Shown here one piece after another: positions 39,894-50,273 of a stretch of 64,000 nt of DNA (its first letter is position 1; each line of letters begins with the position of its first letter). The notes below the pieces were generated by a model. It made no database searches. It saw nothing but the letters and a program-made list of their open reading frames with translations, and was not told the origin of the DNA. Source of the DNA: Pelagomonas calceolata. Lineage: Eukaryota. Made by a program: the position numbers and the translations under genes. Location of the stretch: positions 4,898,001-4,962,000 of the forward strand of contig CAKKNE010000002.1 of assembly GCA_918797485.1 (NCBI GenBank), given 5' to 3'.

Positions 39894-40751
39894 CTACGCC
39901 TCCGCCGCGATCGCGCTCACGATGTGCGACGCCCAGAGCTCGTAGCCCCGCTCGTTCGGGTGGATGCTATCCGACGCCGTGTAGCCCGCGTCGTCGTCCG
40001 TTTGGAAGACGTCGACGTACGTCGCCCTACCTTGCTCCGCGAGAGATTTCTTCTGGGCGTCCCAGGCCGACGCCACGACACCCACATACGATTTCAGCGG
40101 CTCCGCGATGCCCGCCACGGCGACGGGATACGCCGGCAGCACAACCCTGGCATTGTTCGTCTTCGCTTTGACCTCGTCCACCAAGTCCTCCAGATCCCGC
40201 CCGAAGGCCCAGGGCGTCCGCCAGAACTCGCCCCGCGCGAGTTGTTTGAAATCGTTGAGACCGACCATAATAACAACAACATCATAATCTTGATCGATCC
40301 GGGGCAGGAGGTTGCGTCTTATTACGCTGACGTCGGAGCCCGTCTCTCCTAATGATCGCCACTCGACCTCGACGCCGTACGCGTCCGCCAGTAGTCTACT
40401 GACGCGCCTCGCGAGCGGCGGGCCCCTCACAGCTTCTGTTGAGGAGCCGCCCACACCGGACACCAGGGAATCGCCGACGAACAGCACGCGCTTCGGTCGC
40501 GGCTTTAGGGTGTCCAAGAGCTCCGTCGCAGTCCTTCTAAATCTCTCGGCGTGCGCCCGTAGAGCTGCTGAGGCTTTTTCGCGTCTCTCTCTAAGCTTCT
40601 GGGGCAGCACGCGCCCCGCGTCGGTCGCGTGGAGCTCCGGCAGCGGCACGTACGTGTTCGCGTGGTGCGCGGCCTGGCCGAACGCTACTGCGGTGACGCC
40701 TACAAACGCTTTGGTCGTGCGGTCGGCGGTCCAGAGGAGGGAGCGGTACAT
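39894..40751 (-). CDS. SGNH/GDSL hydrolase
   Basis: Blocks VGDSL, GETG, GLND and DSIHP. Confidence 0.88.
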   Translation of the reverse strand: MYRSLLWTADRTTKAFVGVTAVAFGQAAHHANTYVPLPELHATDAGRVLPQKLRERREKASAALRAHAERFRRTATELLDTLKPRPKRVLFVGDSLVSGVGGSSTEAVRGPPLARRVSRLLADAYGVEVEWRSLGETGSDVSVIRRNLLPRIDQDYDVVVIMVGLNDFKQLARGEFWRTPWAFGRDLEDLVDEVKAKTNNARVVLPAYPVAVAGIAEPLKSYVGVVASAWDAQKKSLAEQGRATYVDVFQTDDDAGYTASDSIHPNERGYELWASHIVSAIAAEA

Positions 40752-41061
40752 CTTGCTTCGCTACTGTGATTCCTACGCGCACGCGTCGGCGTCGTTTCGT
40801 CGAGGGTTGGTGGAGTGCAGGCTGGCTGACAGCTGGTGCACTCCCCAATTTGTGCGAATCGATCGCTGCGTCGTCACAGAACTCAATCACTGGTGCAACG
40901 GAGTATTTTGCGTGGCCGTGGCGTTGCGTCGCTGCGAAAACTGGCAGTGCGGGCGTCCTCAAAATGACGACGATTCCCCTGGGCACCTCGGCGCGCCGAG
41001 CCCGCCCACTGCGATCTCTGCTGGGGAGATACTACTCGTCTCGAGACAATTTGATCGATTA

Positions 41062-41601
41062 CTAGTACCCCTCATTCGACGTGGTCACCGTGAAGTCCGG
41101 GTACGCCTCCTGGCACACCATCGCGGACAAGTCGTGACGATACTCGCCCTGCCACGGGAAGCCCATAGAGTGCCCATATATGTGGATGGTTTTTGCGTCG
41201 GGTTCGAACTGAATTCGGCCGCCGCCCAGAACTTCGTGCGCGACCTCCATCGCGCGGAGCTCCTCGACGAGCGGCCGCGCGGCGTCCATGTGGTACGACG
41301 CTCGCGGATCGCCGCGCACGAAGTAGCGCGCGCCGGCCTGGACCAACACGTATTTCTGCCGTCCAGGTCCCGCAAAGACGCAGCCAGCCACGGTCGGTGC
41401 GACCTCCGCCGCGGCGCCATCCGTCGTTCGCAGCGTCGCTGCCTCGGCGCGCTCCTCGGCGGTCGTCGTGGGCTCATCGCCGCCGCCAACCAGCTCGCTC
41501 ATCGCGCGAGCGACGACGACGCTGAAGCGGGCAGTGGGTGCGAGGCTGAGGCGCGACGTCGTCGCCGTGGCTCGTAAAAATGCGAGCGCGGCGAGGCGCA
41601 T
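41062..41601 (-). CDS. PHPT1: 14-kDa phosphohistidine phosphatase (Janus/Ocnus family) with an N-terminal extension
   Basis: GRQKYVLV, VRG...YH, LGGGRI, IYGHSMGF and terminal SNEGY. Confidence 0.88.
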   Translation of the reverse strand: MRLAALAFLRATATTSRLSLAPTARFSVVVARAMSELVGGGDEPTTTAEERAEAATLRTTDGAAAEVAPTVAGCVFAGPGRQKYVLVQAGARYFVRGDPRASYHMDAARPLVEELRAMEVAHEVLGGGRIQFEPDAKTIHIYGHSMGFPWQGEYRHDLSAMVCQEAYPDFTVTTSNEGY

Positions 41602-41734
41602 ATATGTAAATAACGGCAATTCCTGGCCAGAACAGCTGAAACTAACGACTTGGTGCAGCGCTTGGGCCAGATACGAGCTGAACAAAACCCGCAAGCAAAC
41701 CTTATCAACCCGCACGCTAGGCAATTAATCATCA

Positions 41735-42781
41735 TTACCAGCCAGGCCTCCTGGGCCAAGCACTCTCATCACAAGCGTCGCCCGTCGCGTTCGGCCAGCG
41801 CGCCCACGCGTCCGGTAAAGGCCGCCCAAGGAATGATGCCAGCCCGTCGTTGTAGGGCCGGAAGAGGACGGCGAGCCGTCGCTGCGCGAACGACGAAAAG
41901 GCATGGCGGGGGAAGTAGTCGAAGTCCGAGCCCTTCGTGTTGTACTTCCGCTTGCTAGTAGCATGCGCGTCTTGTTTGGTCGGGTCCAATCCGATGTATC
42001 GGAGGACGTCTCGCAGGTGGTCCGCCTGGCGTTCCTCGGAGAAGAACTCCTCGAAGAACAAGGTATGTACTGAAAAGCCCGCGTGCCGCCACCGCTTCAA
42101 GTGCGCAACATACACACCTTCATACACGCCATTCCGAGCCGGTTCGAAGAGGCCCGTGGGCTTTGGGTGAAGATACCACGTCGCGTGGTTCTTCGTTAGA
42201 CCGCAAAACGCGTGGACGTCCCTCCTCATATCGGCATCCGCGGCACTCTTAGGAGTGTAGCCCCGCGTCTTGAGCCTGACACGCATCTGGAACTGACTCT
42301 CGTAACGCGCAATCGGCTCCCTTAGTAAGGCGATGATTTTCGGTAATGCGGTACTGCAGTACTCAAACATGCGCTTCGGGGCCTCGGCGTGTACTAAATA
42401 AGCGACGGACGCCTCGCCCGCGACCTTCCTCCCAGAAACGCAGGGGAATTGATGATTGTACCACTGGTGCGGCGGCTGGCAGACGTTGTTCACGCACGCT
42501 CGGCCCTGTTGACAGGTGTTCCCGAAGCAAGGTACGGGCTTCGCCGGAAATAACTTGTCGCTGCTGAAGTACATCACCTCACCGGCGCGCGGGCCGCGGT
42601 TCAGCCCGTAGCCCACCGCGTCGGGGTGGGCGGAAATCCATCTGTATAGCGACGTCGTGCCGGCCTTGCGCGCTCCAATAATCGCGTAGGATAGGATGCA
42701 CGCGTTGCATTCGTTGCGGCAGCGCTGGGTGCATTGTTGTTGTGCAGCAGCGGCGGCGCCGAGGAGGAGTGCTGCTCGCAT
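41735..42781 (-). CDS. Secreted/luminal sulfotransferase (heparan-sulfate 3-O-sulfotransferase-like)
   Basis: Signal peptide; IIGARKAGTTSLY, GEASVAY, LLREPIARYES and LFRPYN. Confidence 0.85.
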   Translation of the reverse strand: MRAALLLGAAAAAQQQCTQRCRNECNACILSYAIIGARKAGTTSLYRWISAHPDAVGYGLNRGPRAGEVMYFSSDKLFPAKPVPCFGNTCQQGRACVNNVCQPPHQWYNHQFPCVSGRKVAGEASVAYLVHAEAPKRMFEYCSTALPKIIALLREPIARYESQFQMRVRLKTRGYTPKSAADADMRRDVHAFCGLTKNHATWYLHPKPTGLFEPARNGVYEGVYVAHLKRWRHAGFSVHTLFFEEFFSEERQADHLRDVLRYIGLDPTKQDAHATSKRKYNTKGSDFDYFPRHAFSSFAQRRLAVLFRPYNDGLASFLGRPLPDAWARWPNATGDACDESAWPRRPGW

Positions 42782-42791
42782 GAGGCTGCCT

Positions 42792-42817
42792 ACGCCATCG
42801 AAGCGCTTCGATGGCGT
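42792..42817. repeat. Perfect 26-bp palindrome related to the introner internal hairpin
   Basis: ACGCCATCGAAGC-GCTTCGATGGCGT. Confidence 0.9.
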
Positions 42818-42882
42818 GGAGGGTGACGTCTATGTCTTCGACAAGGCGTGCTTTGCTGGGGCAGCCCAAATTCTTGTGAGTT

Positions 42883-42907
42883 CCTAGTGTGTTACTGTGA
42901 CGCTAGC
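42883..42907. promoter_or_regulatory. Twin-CTAG upstream motif, copy 10
   Basis: CCTAGTGTGTTACTGTGACGCTAGC in a divergent gap. Confidence 0.55.
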
Positions 42908-43078
42908 TGCTCTACCAAGCGGTTTTTGCTTGCTAACGACCGGGTTACGGGCGTATTGGCTGTGGCGTGGTGCCCGGGCAACGCTGCTACGCTGTGCGAA
43001 GCGCTGCCGTGACACGTGCGGCTCTCAGTGCACCAACAAAAGACAGCCTGCCAGCCTTGCACAGCAGCACGCAACAAT

Positions 43079-43492
43079 ATGAACGACGCAGAGATGCGGG
43101 ACGCGCCAGCCCGGCCATCATTGAAGCGACCACTCAGCAGCGACGGCGTCGGGAGCTTGCCGCAGAAACTCTTTGCCGCGACGCTGGCCGGGAGTCCGTC
43201 GCCGTCGCCGCGTCACCGCGTCATCAGCCTCGCCGGCATTAAGAGAAGTCGCAGCGGTGACGATGACTTGCCATCGAAGCGCCAGCTGAAGGAAGAAGCG
43301 CAGGAACTGCGGCGACAGCTGCTCGCCGCGCCGCTGCCGGCACCCGTCGCGCCGGAGCCGCCCACACGCGCGCCGACGCCGGCGCCGGAACCGACCGTTC
43401 CTGCGACTTGGCTCGACCTGATGCGCTCGCTCCAGGCGGACGGCGCTTCGCCTTATCCGCTGCCGCCGCGGGCACGGAGGCCGCCGAGGTGA
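43079..43492 (+). CDS. Hypothetical Pro-rich protein
   Basis: ATG after an A/C-rich leader; no domain recognised. Confidence 0.45.
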   Translation: MNDAEMRDAPARPSLKRPLSSDGVGSLPQKLFAATLAGSPSPSPRHRVISLAGIKRSRSGDDDLPSKRQLKEEAQELRRQLLAAPLPAPVAPEPPTRAPTPAPEPTVPATWLDLMRSLQADGASPYPLPPRARRPPR

Positions 43493-43648
43493 CTCTTTTT
43501 GTCGTGATAAGTGTGTGAATTGTGTTGCAATACAGTCTAGGGGAAGAAAGAAAGGAGGCACTGCTGCGATTGGATGCACAAATCAATTCGGGTTTCAGGT
43601 GCCAACTGAAAAGCAAAGGTAAATCGAGCCGCCACGCGCCCGGCAAGC

Positions 43649-44518
43649 ATGGCTCGAAGCTGCTATGGGCTCTTATTGATCGCAGCGATGGGCTTACCGA
43701 ATATGGCGATCGCTAAGGCCTCGCAACCAGCCCTGCAACTGCTGGTGGCTGGCACTGCATTTTTACAAGTCGCGCACGCCGTGAGGCCAAAGCAAGCGCT
43801 TGGAGTCAATTGTCGCGGCGGCAGCACGCAGACGAGTCCGCCGGAAAAAGCCTTGGGAATCCTCCGCCGCTGCGGCGCGTCGCGGTACGGCCGACCGAGC
43901 CCGCGGGAAGCGACGGAAGCGCTCGTCCGCGTCCTCGACGCCTTTGAGGCAGCGCCGCGCGTGTTGGATGTTGGAAACAGCGTCATTGTGCCATCGACGG
44001 ACGACATCGCCCTCAAGATGGAGGAGCGCCAGGATATCGACCTGTGCCGCTCGAATGACTGGTCCCAATTTTTGAGAGGGGCGGCCTGGCGGCCCGTGTT
44101 CCATGCGTCCGTGGAGGCACTCGACGCGGCGCGGCGCTACCTGTCCTGCCCGACGCCGTCGCCGCCGCCGGGGAGCGCGGGCTCGTTTCTGGGCCACAAC
44201 GTCAAGCGGACGTTCGGCGGCGACGGGACCTATCTGCAAAAGAGACCGTTCCTGCTCGGTTTGTTAAGGGTGCGGACCTGGGGCCGCTACCGGTACATGG
44301 CCGCGGGCGGCGGCGCGCCGGCCTGTACGATGGTCGCGCCCGAGCGCGTGGGCCTCCGGCTCCTCGGCGTGCCGCTGCCTTCCTGGGACGTCCGGCCCAG
44401 GAGCGCGACGTCCCGTCCCCCCGTCCTCGAGGCGCACACGTGGTGCTTCGCCGACGAGACGCTCTGCGTCACGCGCGCCGCCGACGGCTCCTACGGCGTC
44501 TGGCTCCGCGTCGGCTGA
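43649..44518 (+). CDS. Hypothetical protein with a signal-peptide-like N-terminus
   Basis: 289-aa ORF with a hydrophobic N-terminus and a beta-rich C-terminus. Confidence 0.5.
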   Translation: MARSCYGLLLIAAMGLPNMAIAKASQPALQLLVAGTAFLQVAHAVRPKQALGVNCRGGSTQTSPPEKALGILRRCGASRYGRPSPREATEALVRVLDAFEAAPRVLDVGNSVIVPSTDDIALKMEERQDIDLCRSNDWSQFLRGAAWRPVFHASVEALDAARRYLSCPTPSPPPGSAGSFLGHNVKRTFGGDGTYLQKRPFLLGLLRVRTWGRYRYMAAGGGAPACTMVAPERVGLRLLGVPLPSWDVRPRSATSRPPVLEAHTWCFADETLCVTRAADGSYGVWLRVG

Positions 44519-44592
44519 ACCGGGCCCCTCCGAGAGGGAGTCTGGTAATTTGTGTGTACTAAAACTTGACAAAATTAAGATATGTGCAGTCG

Positions 44593-46927
44593 TCACCAGC
44601 CCCTCGAGCTGCGCGCCTTGTTGTACTCCGAGAGGAACGCGTCCAGAATGAACGCCACCACTATGTTCAGGAAGAGCAGCACGCCGATGACGTAGAAACT
44701 CAAAAAATAGACGCGAGCCACATCTCGAGATGCGACCGCCGCGAACCCATCTACCACAACAAACCAGTTGTTCACGACCAGGACACAAAACAGCGTCACG
44801 AAGGCGCTCTCGACGTCGTTGAAATTCAGCGTCGCGTAGCCCGACGTAAGGTAGTCCGTGCCTTGCAGTTTTTTTAGATCTGGTCCGTCTGGGTCCGTGT
44901 TGATGCGTTCCTGGAAGAGGGCCGCACCCAGCGCCGAGAAGAAGAAGATGACCACGAATAACGCCTTGAGCAGCTTCTGGGCCGCCGGCAGCATGCACAG
45001 AAACGCGTCGCCCAGCACCTGGAACTCCGGCAGCGCTACGACGAGCCGAGCCAAGCGCAACAGTCGCAGCATGACGATCGCATGGATCAAATCGGGATTG
45101 TTGAACCGGTTCGGGGCTAAGACAATGATAGCCGCTAGCATACAACCGCAAGTAACCCCCAAATCGAAGCGGTTGCGGTACTTCGACAGGTACCGCCGCC
45201 AGCCCAGGCCTACTATCTTCAGACAGGCCTCCACAGCATAAACGACAGCTAGGCCCGTCTCGACGAGCTCCAGAGGGTCGTCTGGAGCTTCTTCTTTTGG
45301 AGCATTTCCCATCAATTGCGGCCGCGTCTGTAGAGCGACGACTACCGCGTTCGCCACCAACAGACCATCCACCACATATTCAAAGCGCCGCGACGCGACG
45401 AGCTCGCCGATGGACGCGCGCCACTCCGACGACGGTCGGTCTTCGCTCGTCCAGGGCCGCGACGCCTCGTTCCGCAACGCGTCGACCAACCCTTCAAACT
45501 CGTCTCGCGACAGGTGGCCGTCGTGCCGCTGATCGAGTCGGTCGAAGATGCGCGTCGCCGTGTCTTCCGACACGTATTTTATATCTTGGTGCTCGTTGAG
45601 CTGTTTGAGTAATGCTGCGAGCTTCTCCGGCTTGACGATAGAGTCTTCACTTAACAGTGAAAAGGCGTCCTCAACGTACTGCACACGCCTACGGTCCCTC
45701 TTCAGTGAGTCGGCGGCTCGTTCTTCGGAGTAGGTGTTGTAGACCGTCGCCAGCCTGTGTGGAAATCATAACTTCGGCGCCCCGCGCCATCGACGCGATG
45801 TCGCCCCCCTGACTGTGTCTGCTCGATGGCGTGGAGGTTGATTTCCACACAGTCGCAAGCAGCAGGTTCATCATGAAGAACATGCCCAATGCTAGAAAGC
45901 TCCCGAAGAACAAGGTAGCGGGCCAGCGGTTCCGCTCGTAGGCGGGAAGCATGACGTCCGGGAAGTTCGCCGTCGTCAGCGTCACCTGTGCGGAAATAAA
46001 ATTTCAGGCGCCCCACGCCATCGACGCGACTCCCCATGATTGCGTCTGCTCGATGGCGTGGAGGTCGACGATAAGCTAACTCTGGTTGATATCCACACGG
46101 AGCGCCACGATCAACTGCCACGCGGCCTCGCGGAAGTTCGGCAGCTCCTCGGACCCCTCCATCGTGTTGGGAGGAAAGATCACGACCCCGAACCAGGCCG
46201 CAAACAGCACGAGGCATCCTACCAAGGCACCGATGCGGCAGAACGCCGGCAGGATCTTCGAGACCAGCCTCAGTTGACTTCGTACGTCCGCCGAGTAGCC
46301 TATTAATAACAATAATCTCAGATAAGGAGCGGGTCGCCAGGCCTCGACCTCCAAGGCATCGACGCCGAGGACCACGACCAAAGCTCGCACGGAGTCCAGG
46401 GCTTTCAGTAAACAAACGACCATGACCCAGCCTTTCCCGTCCCAGCTCCAGAACCGTTGTGCACCGACGGCGATGCGAGCTAACAACAGATGCGCGGCGA
46501 TCAGCGTGATGGCTACCAATTGGATGGCCACCGCCACGCGCTCGTCGACGTACGCTATATCATAAGTAGGATAAGGACAGACCTCGGGCGCGTCCGGGTC
46601 CCAGACGCACCGGCACATTTGGGCCTTGGCGCCGCGGCACCAGCGCGGCGCCTCCCAGAACGTGAGGAGCACCAAAGCCAAGGCGCTCATTTGCGCCAGC
46701 GGGTCCAGCCATAGATGGAGGCGGAAGGCGCGCTGGCTCGCCCGTCTTACTAAAGGCTGCTGCCTGTCCACGCCCGTGACCGCGTCCGCGATGGCGACCG
46801 CGGCGGCCACAACAGAACTGCCGCGCCGCGACTGAAAACCAACGTGGATCGAGTCCGCGCTCTCGGACCGCACTTGTATGGGCGTCGTGAGGGTCGCGGC
46901 CTCGTCGGCGACGGCGCCGTAGGCCAT
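44593..46927 (-). CDS. TPC1: Two-pore cation channel (exons 46927-46109, 45985-45861, 45754-44593)
   Basis: Pore 1 TLTTANFPDVMLPAY, central EF-hand-like DQRHDGHLSRDEF, S4 MLRLLRLAR and pore 2 FVTLFCVLVVNNW. Removing two introns restores one continuous frame. Confidence 0.92.
45755..45860 (-). mobile_element. Introner element (106-nt GC-AG intron)
   Basis: TIR CTGTGTGGAAATCA...TGATTTCCACACAG (45755-45852). 8-bp TSD GCTTGCGA/GCTGGCGA. Internal CGCCATCGA...TCGATGGCG hairpin. Confidence 0.9.
45986..46108 (-). mobile_element. Introner element (123-nt GT-AG intron)
   Basis: TIR CCGTGTGGATAT...ATTTCCGCACAG (45986-46100). 8-bp TSD GTGGCGCT/GTGACGCT. Clearly homologous to 45755-45852. Confidence 0.9.
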
Positions 46928-47182
46928 TTTTGCTATGGAGTTGCCCTTGGTCAAACGCAAGCGTTTGCACCACTCGCACACGTCTCGCGAGGCCCTCTCC
47001 CGTCAGCTTGCTTCGGAGAGCAGTTTTATGGTGTGCTGTTTTTTAGGAGCTGTGCAGCCGTGCCGACCGCAGCGATGGTCCACGACCCCCGTACGTCTCC
47101 TGAAGCACACGCTCCCGGTTTTTCGGTATCAATGCGACCGCAGCAGGCGATATTCAGGCGGCTGGTGCTGCCTTGCTTGCTT

Positions 47183-47205
47183 GCTAGTGTCTTACATGCG
47201 CTAGC
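47183..47205. promoter_or_regulatory. Twin-CTAG upstream motif, copy 11
   Basis: GCTAGTGTCTTACATGCGCTAGC upstream of TPC1. Confidence 0.65.
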
Positions 47206-47383
47206 TCGCCCACGAAGTGCGACATCCATCGACAGGGTCAATGTTCCCTACTGTTCCGGGGGATTTGCCGAGGCGACTCTGCTCAGCGGAAGTGCGCTAT
47301 TACGAAAGACGCGCGGCCCGCTCGAATGGGGCAAAAACTCATAAGGGAAAACGTTAGCACAGGGGGAGGGAAAGGGGTCGGTC

Positions 47384-48711
47384 TCACCACTTGCACAGCC
47401 CGGCCGCCGCGTTCTGCTTCGCCGTCGTGTAGCCCTCGATGCAGCCGTACTTCGCCTCGAGCGCCTCGATGTCCGGCCAGGTCCAGGGTTTTGATAAGCG
47501 GTCGAGCTCCTTGGCCTTGAGCGCATCCACATAGACGTCGAACCTATCCCCCACCCACCAGGACATAGAATCAGCAAGCTCGGGCTTGCCCGACGTGCAC
47601 TTGTCGAGGTTCAAGGGCGAGCACAGCACGACCGGCGGTAGATCCGAGGCTTGATGAATCACAATCTCCATCAAATCGACCATCTGCTCCGGACTCACCA
47701 CGCCGTGGCCGCGCTGGTCCATGAGCTTGCGCGTGTTCTCAAGCGCCATGCCCCCTTCCGTCGCCAGCGCGCCCCACTGCGTGCTGATGACGTTCACATC
47801 GCCCTTGGCCCGACAGTCCTCGGCGAACCAGTCCATCGACGAGTTGGCTGCCGCGTAGTGCGTCAGGTTGAAGTCCTGCGTGTGCATATGTCGGACGCGA
47901 CGATTCGGGGGACCCTGGGGCGCACGCCAACGGCCGCGGAGATGGACGACGCGAGCCAGAAGAATCTCAAAGAACGGTCCTGCGTCGCTTTGTAGAGGTA
48001 GCGCGTGCCCCAGTACTTGATGTCAAACAGTAATTTCGAGTCCGTTTCATTGGTCGCGGCGAAGGGCCCACCGTACGTCACGCCGGCGCAGTGGATCACG
48101 CCCACTAAATCCTCAATAGAGTCGCAGACGCGTCGCACATCGTCCTCGTCGCAGACATCGCAGGCGTAGCACTTCTTCCGGGGATCGTCGGTCTCCTTCG
48201 CCGACCGCGACGCGATTGCGACAGAACAGTTCGGGTAGTAGTGCAACAAGTAGTCCGTCAGGAGCCGTCCCAAGCCGCCGGCGCCGCCCGTAATAAGGAC
48301 GCATCCAACTAAATCTTCGTAGCGGTCGTTCTGCGGCGGTGTTAATGGAGTGATCTGGCGGCACCACTTCGACTTGAGGCCGGACGGGCCTTCTTTCCGC
48401 ACGGACTGGACCATGGCCGACGCGCCGAACTCCTCGCCATCCACGTACAAGTCGCGGCGCTTGTCGCCCTGCTCGAATTGCGCGCGGATCTCCGTCAGGT
48501 AGGAAAAGTCCGTCGCCGCGACGCAGCGCGCGTGGCGCGGGACGTGGGGGTTCCTTACTTTCGTGCTCGTGAACAACCACCACTCCGCGGGCGGCACGCC
48601 ATACTTCTTCTTTGTGTCCCCATCAAGCATCATCTCGCGGAGCAGCGGGGCGTAAGCTCCGACGGCGGCCTCGGCGTCCCGCGGCTGGCTGCGGGGCTGC
48701 TGCTCGGGCAT
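47384..48711 (-). CDS. Stand-alone type I PKS-like ketoreductase (KR/SDR); 50-nt intron 47876-47925
   Basis: LITGGAGGLG, ACDV and GVIHCAGV; after splicing SSISAAVG-DFNLTHYAAAN and QWG. The start codon is uncertain. Confidence 0.8.
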
Positions 48712-48934
48712 CGTTCGCGCAGCCCTTTGCTCGTCCGCGCTCGCGCTTTGGCTGTGCTGTCGTCTCCTGTGTGAGGCCCCTTTGCTCGACCCCGTACCCG
48801 CGCCGGCCATGGCCAGGACTCCGCGGAGTCGTACGATGCGTCTAGTATGAGTCATGGATGAATTACGAACTGAGAGCGGGAATACGCAAAGGTAGGTGCA
48901 GATTGGCAAACGCGAGTTTCGTTTTTCGGACGGG

Positions 48935-50110
48935 CTACACCTCCGCGTCGAGGAACGCGTTCGTGACCTGGACGAAGCCAGGCCATGCTTGGAATTCTTC
49001 AAGTTTCGGATACGGGCCCCAGGTTGCGCGCAACGCGGCGTTTTCCGGCTTGTCGTACCAATCGGCAATCCGATTGTACGTCTCTTTTTCGTCGGCAGGA
49101 CCTTCGGCTTTCGGTTCGATAGATACGACGACGCCCTCGGATTCGGCGACCGGCTCCTGCTCCCCGAACAGGAACGAGGACAGCTTCCCCACGAAGCCCG
49201 GTTCCTCGGCATCGGCCTCAGGCTCAGGCTCGGCCTCGGTCTCCGGTTTCGCGGGTCTTCGCGTCTCGAGACTCTTCAAAAAGGCGGTCGTTGGCGTTAG
49301 TGGCGCCAGGTCCGCGCTTTTGGCCTCGCTAGTCTTGACTTTTTCGTCGACGTCATCGGGCTCCTTGACATCGGTGCCGCGAAGTTCCTCTCGATTAAAA
49401 TACGCCTCATACGCTGCGAACGCCATGCCGACAACCATGGCCACGAGACCGCCGTAGAGCGACAGATCACAGCCCCTATGACCGAAGCTTCCGTATCGAA
49501 GACTCACGTAGCCTTTTTCCACGGCCGCGGCCACCGTGGACCTGTAGTTGGCAGCGCCGGCCAAACCGACGACGCCCCCGACGGCCAGCACCGCAGCCGC
49601 GCCGAAGATGGCCTTCGGTGAAGCCTCGAGTCCGCGGCCAACCAGGTGTGCGCGGATGTTGACGAAGAGGATCCCAAGACCCACGATGCCAGTGAAGATC
49701 AGCGCCACACACGTCGTCGCCCTGGCCGTATTCGTAGCCGCAAAGTGGTCCTCACATTGTTCCCCACGGCCACGGCAATATTCGTCCTCCCGCCCGCCGC
49801 CACGCCCCAGAATCTCGGTGGTTACCCACTCGCACTCGTCCCAGTGAGGGGCATAGGTGCAAAATCCTTCAATGGCGTTCCAAAGGTTGTACGACACATG
49901 GTGATAATCGTAACCCCTGTTGGGGATTTCGTCCGGGATTTCTCTGGAGTCAAAATTAGAGTCAGAGACCGTGGCCCAGTGCTCACAGCCATGTTTACAG
50001 TTCTTATATGGCAGCACGGCGAGCAGCTGCATAACTAAGCAGCCAAGGCCCACCACCCCCAAATACCTCAGGCGGACACGCGGTTCAGAGGCAAAGCGGC
50101 ATGGGTCCAT
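48935..50110 (-). CDS. Four-TM (claudin-like topology) membrane protein with an acidic linker and an aromatic C-terminal module
   Basis: Four hydrophobic segments, a Cys-rich first loop and C-terminal YNRIADWYDKPEN...WPGFVQVTNAFLD. Confidence 0.65.
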   Translation of the reverse strand: MDPCRFASEPRVRLRYLGVVGLGCLVMQLLAVLPYKNCKHGCEHWATVSDSNFDSREIPDEIPNRGYDYHHVSYNLWNAIEGFCTYAPHWDECEWVTTEILGRGGGREDEYCRGRGEQCEDHFAATNTARATTCVALIFTGIVGLGILFVNIRAHLVGRGLEASPKAIFGAAAVLAVGGVVGLAGAANYRSTVAAAVEKGYVSLRYGSFGHRGCDLSLYGGLVAMVVGMAFAAYEAYFNREELRGTDVKEPDDVDEKVKTSEAKSADLAPLTPTTAFLKSLETRRPAKPETEAEPEPEADAEEPGFVGKLSSFLFGEQEPVAESEGVVVSIEPKAEGPADEKETYNRIADWYDKPENAALRATWGPYPKLEEFQAWPGFVQVTNAFLDAEV

Positions 50111-50273
50111 CGCTATTATTTGCGCTGCCGGGGCAGCAGCTGCGATGGGGGCAGCAGATGCCGGAGCGCGAGCTCGAGCTAGCGCTCGAGGCAAAAAAAC
50201 AAATCCTACGGGTTTTACCCGGCGCGAATAAGCGACTCTCTCCCTCGTCTAGCAGAAGTAAAACAACGATAAC

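Noticed and set aside
47384..50110. Polyketide biosynthetic gene cluster
   Set aside because: Only a KR domain is present; no KS, AT, ACP or TE nearby.
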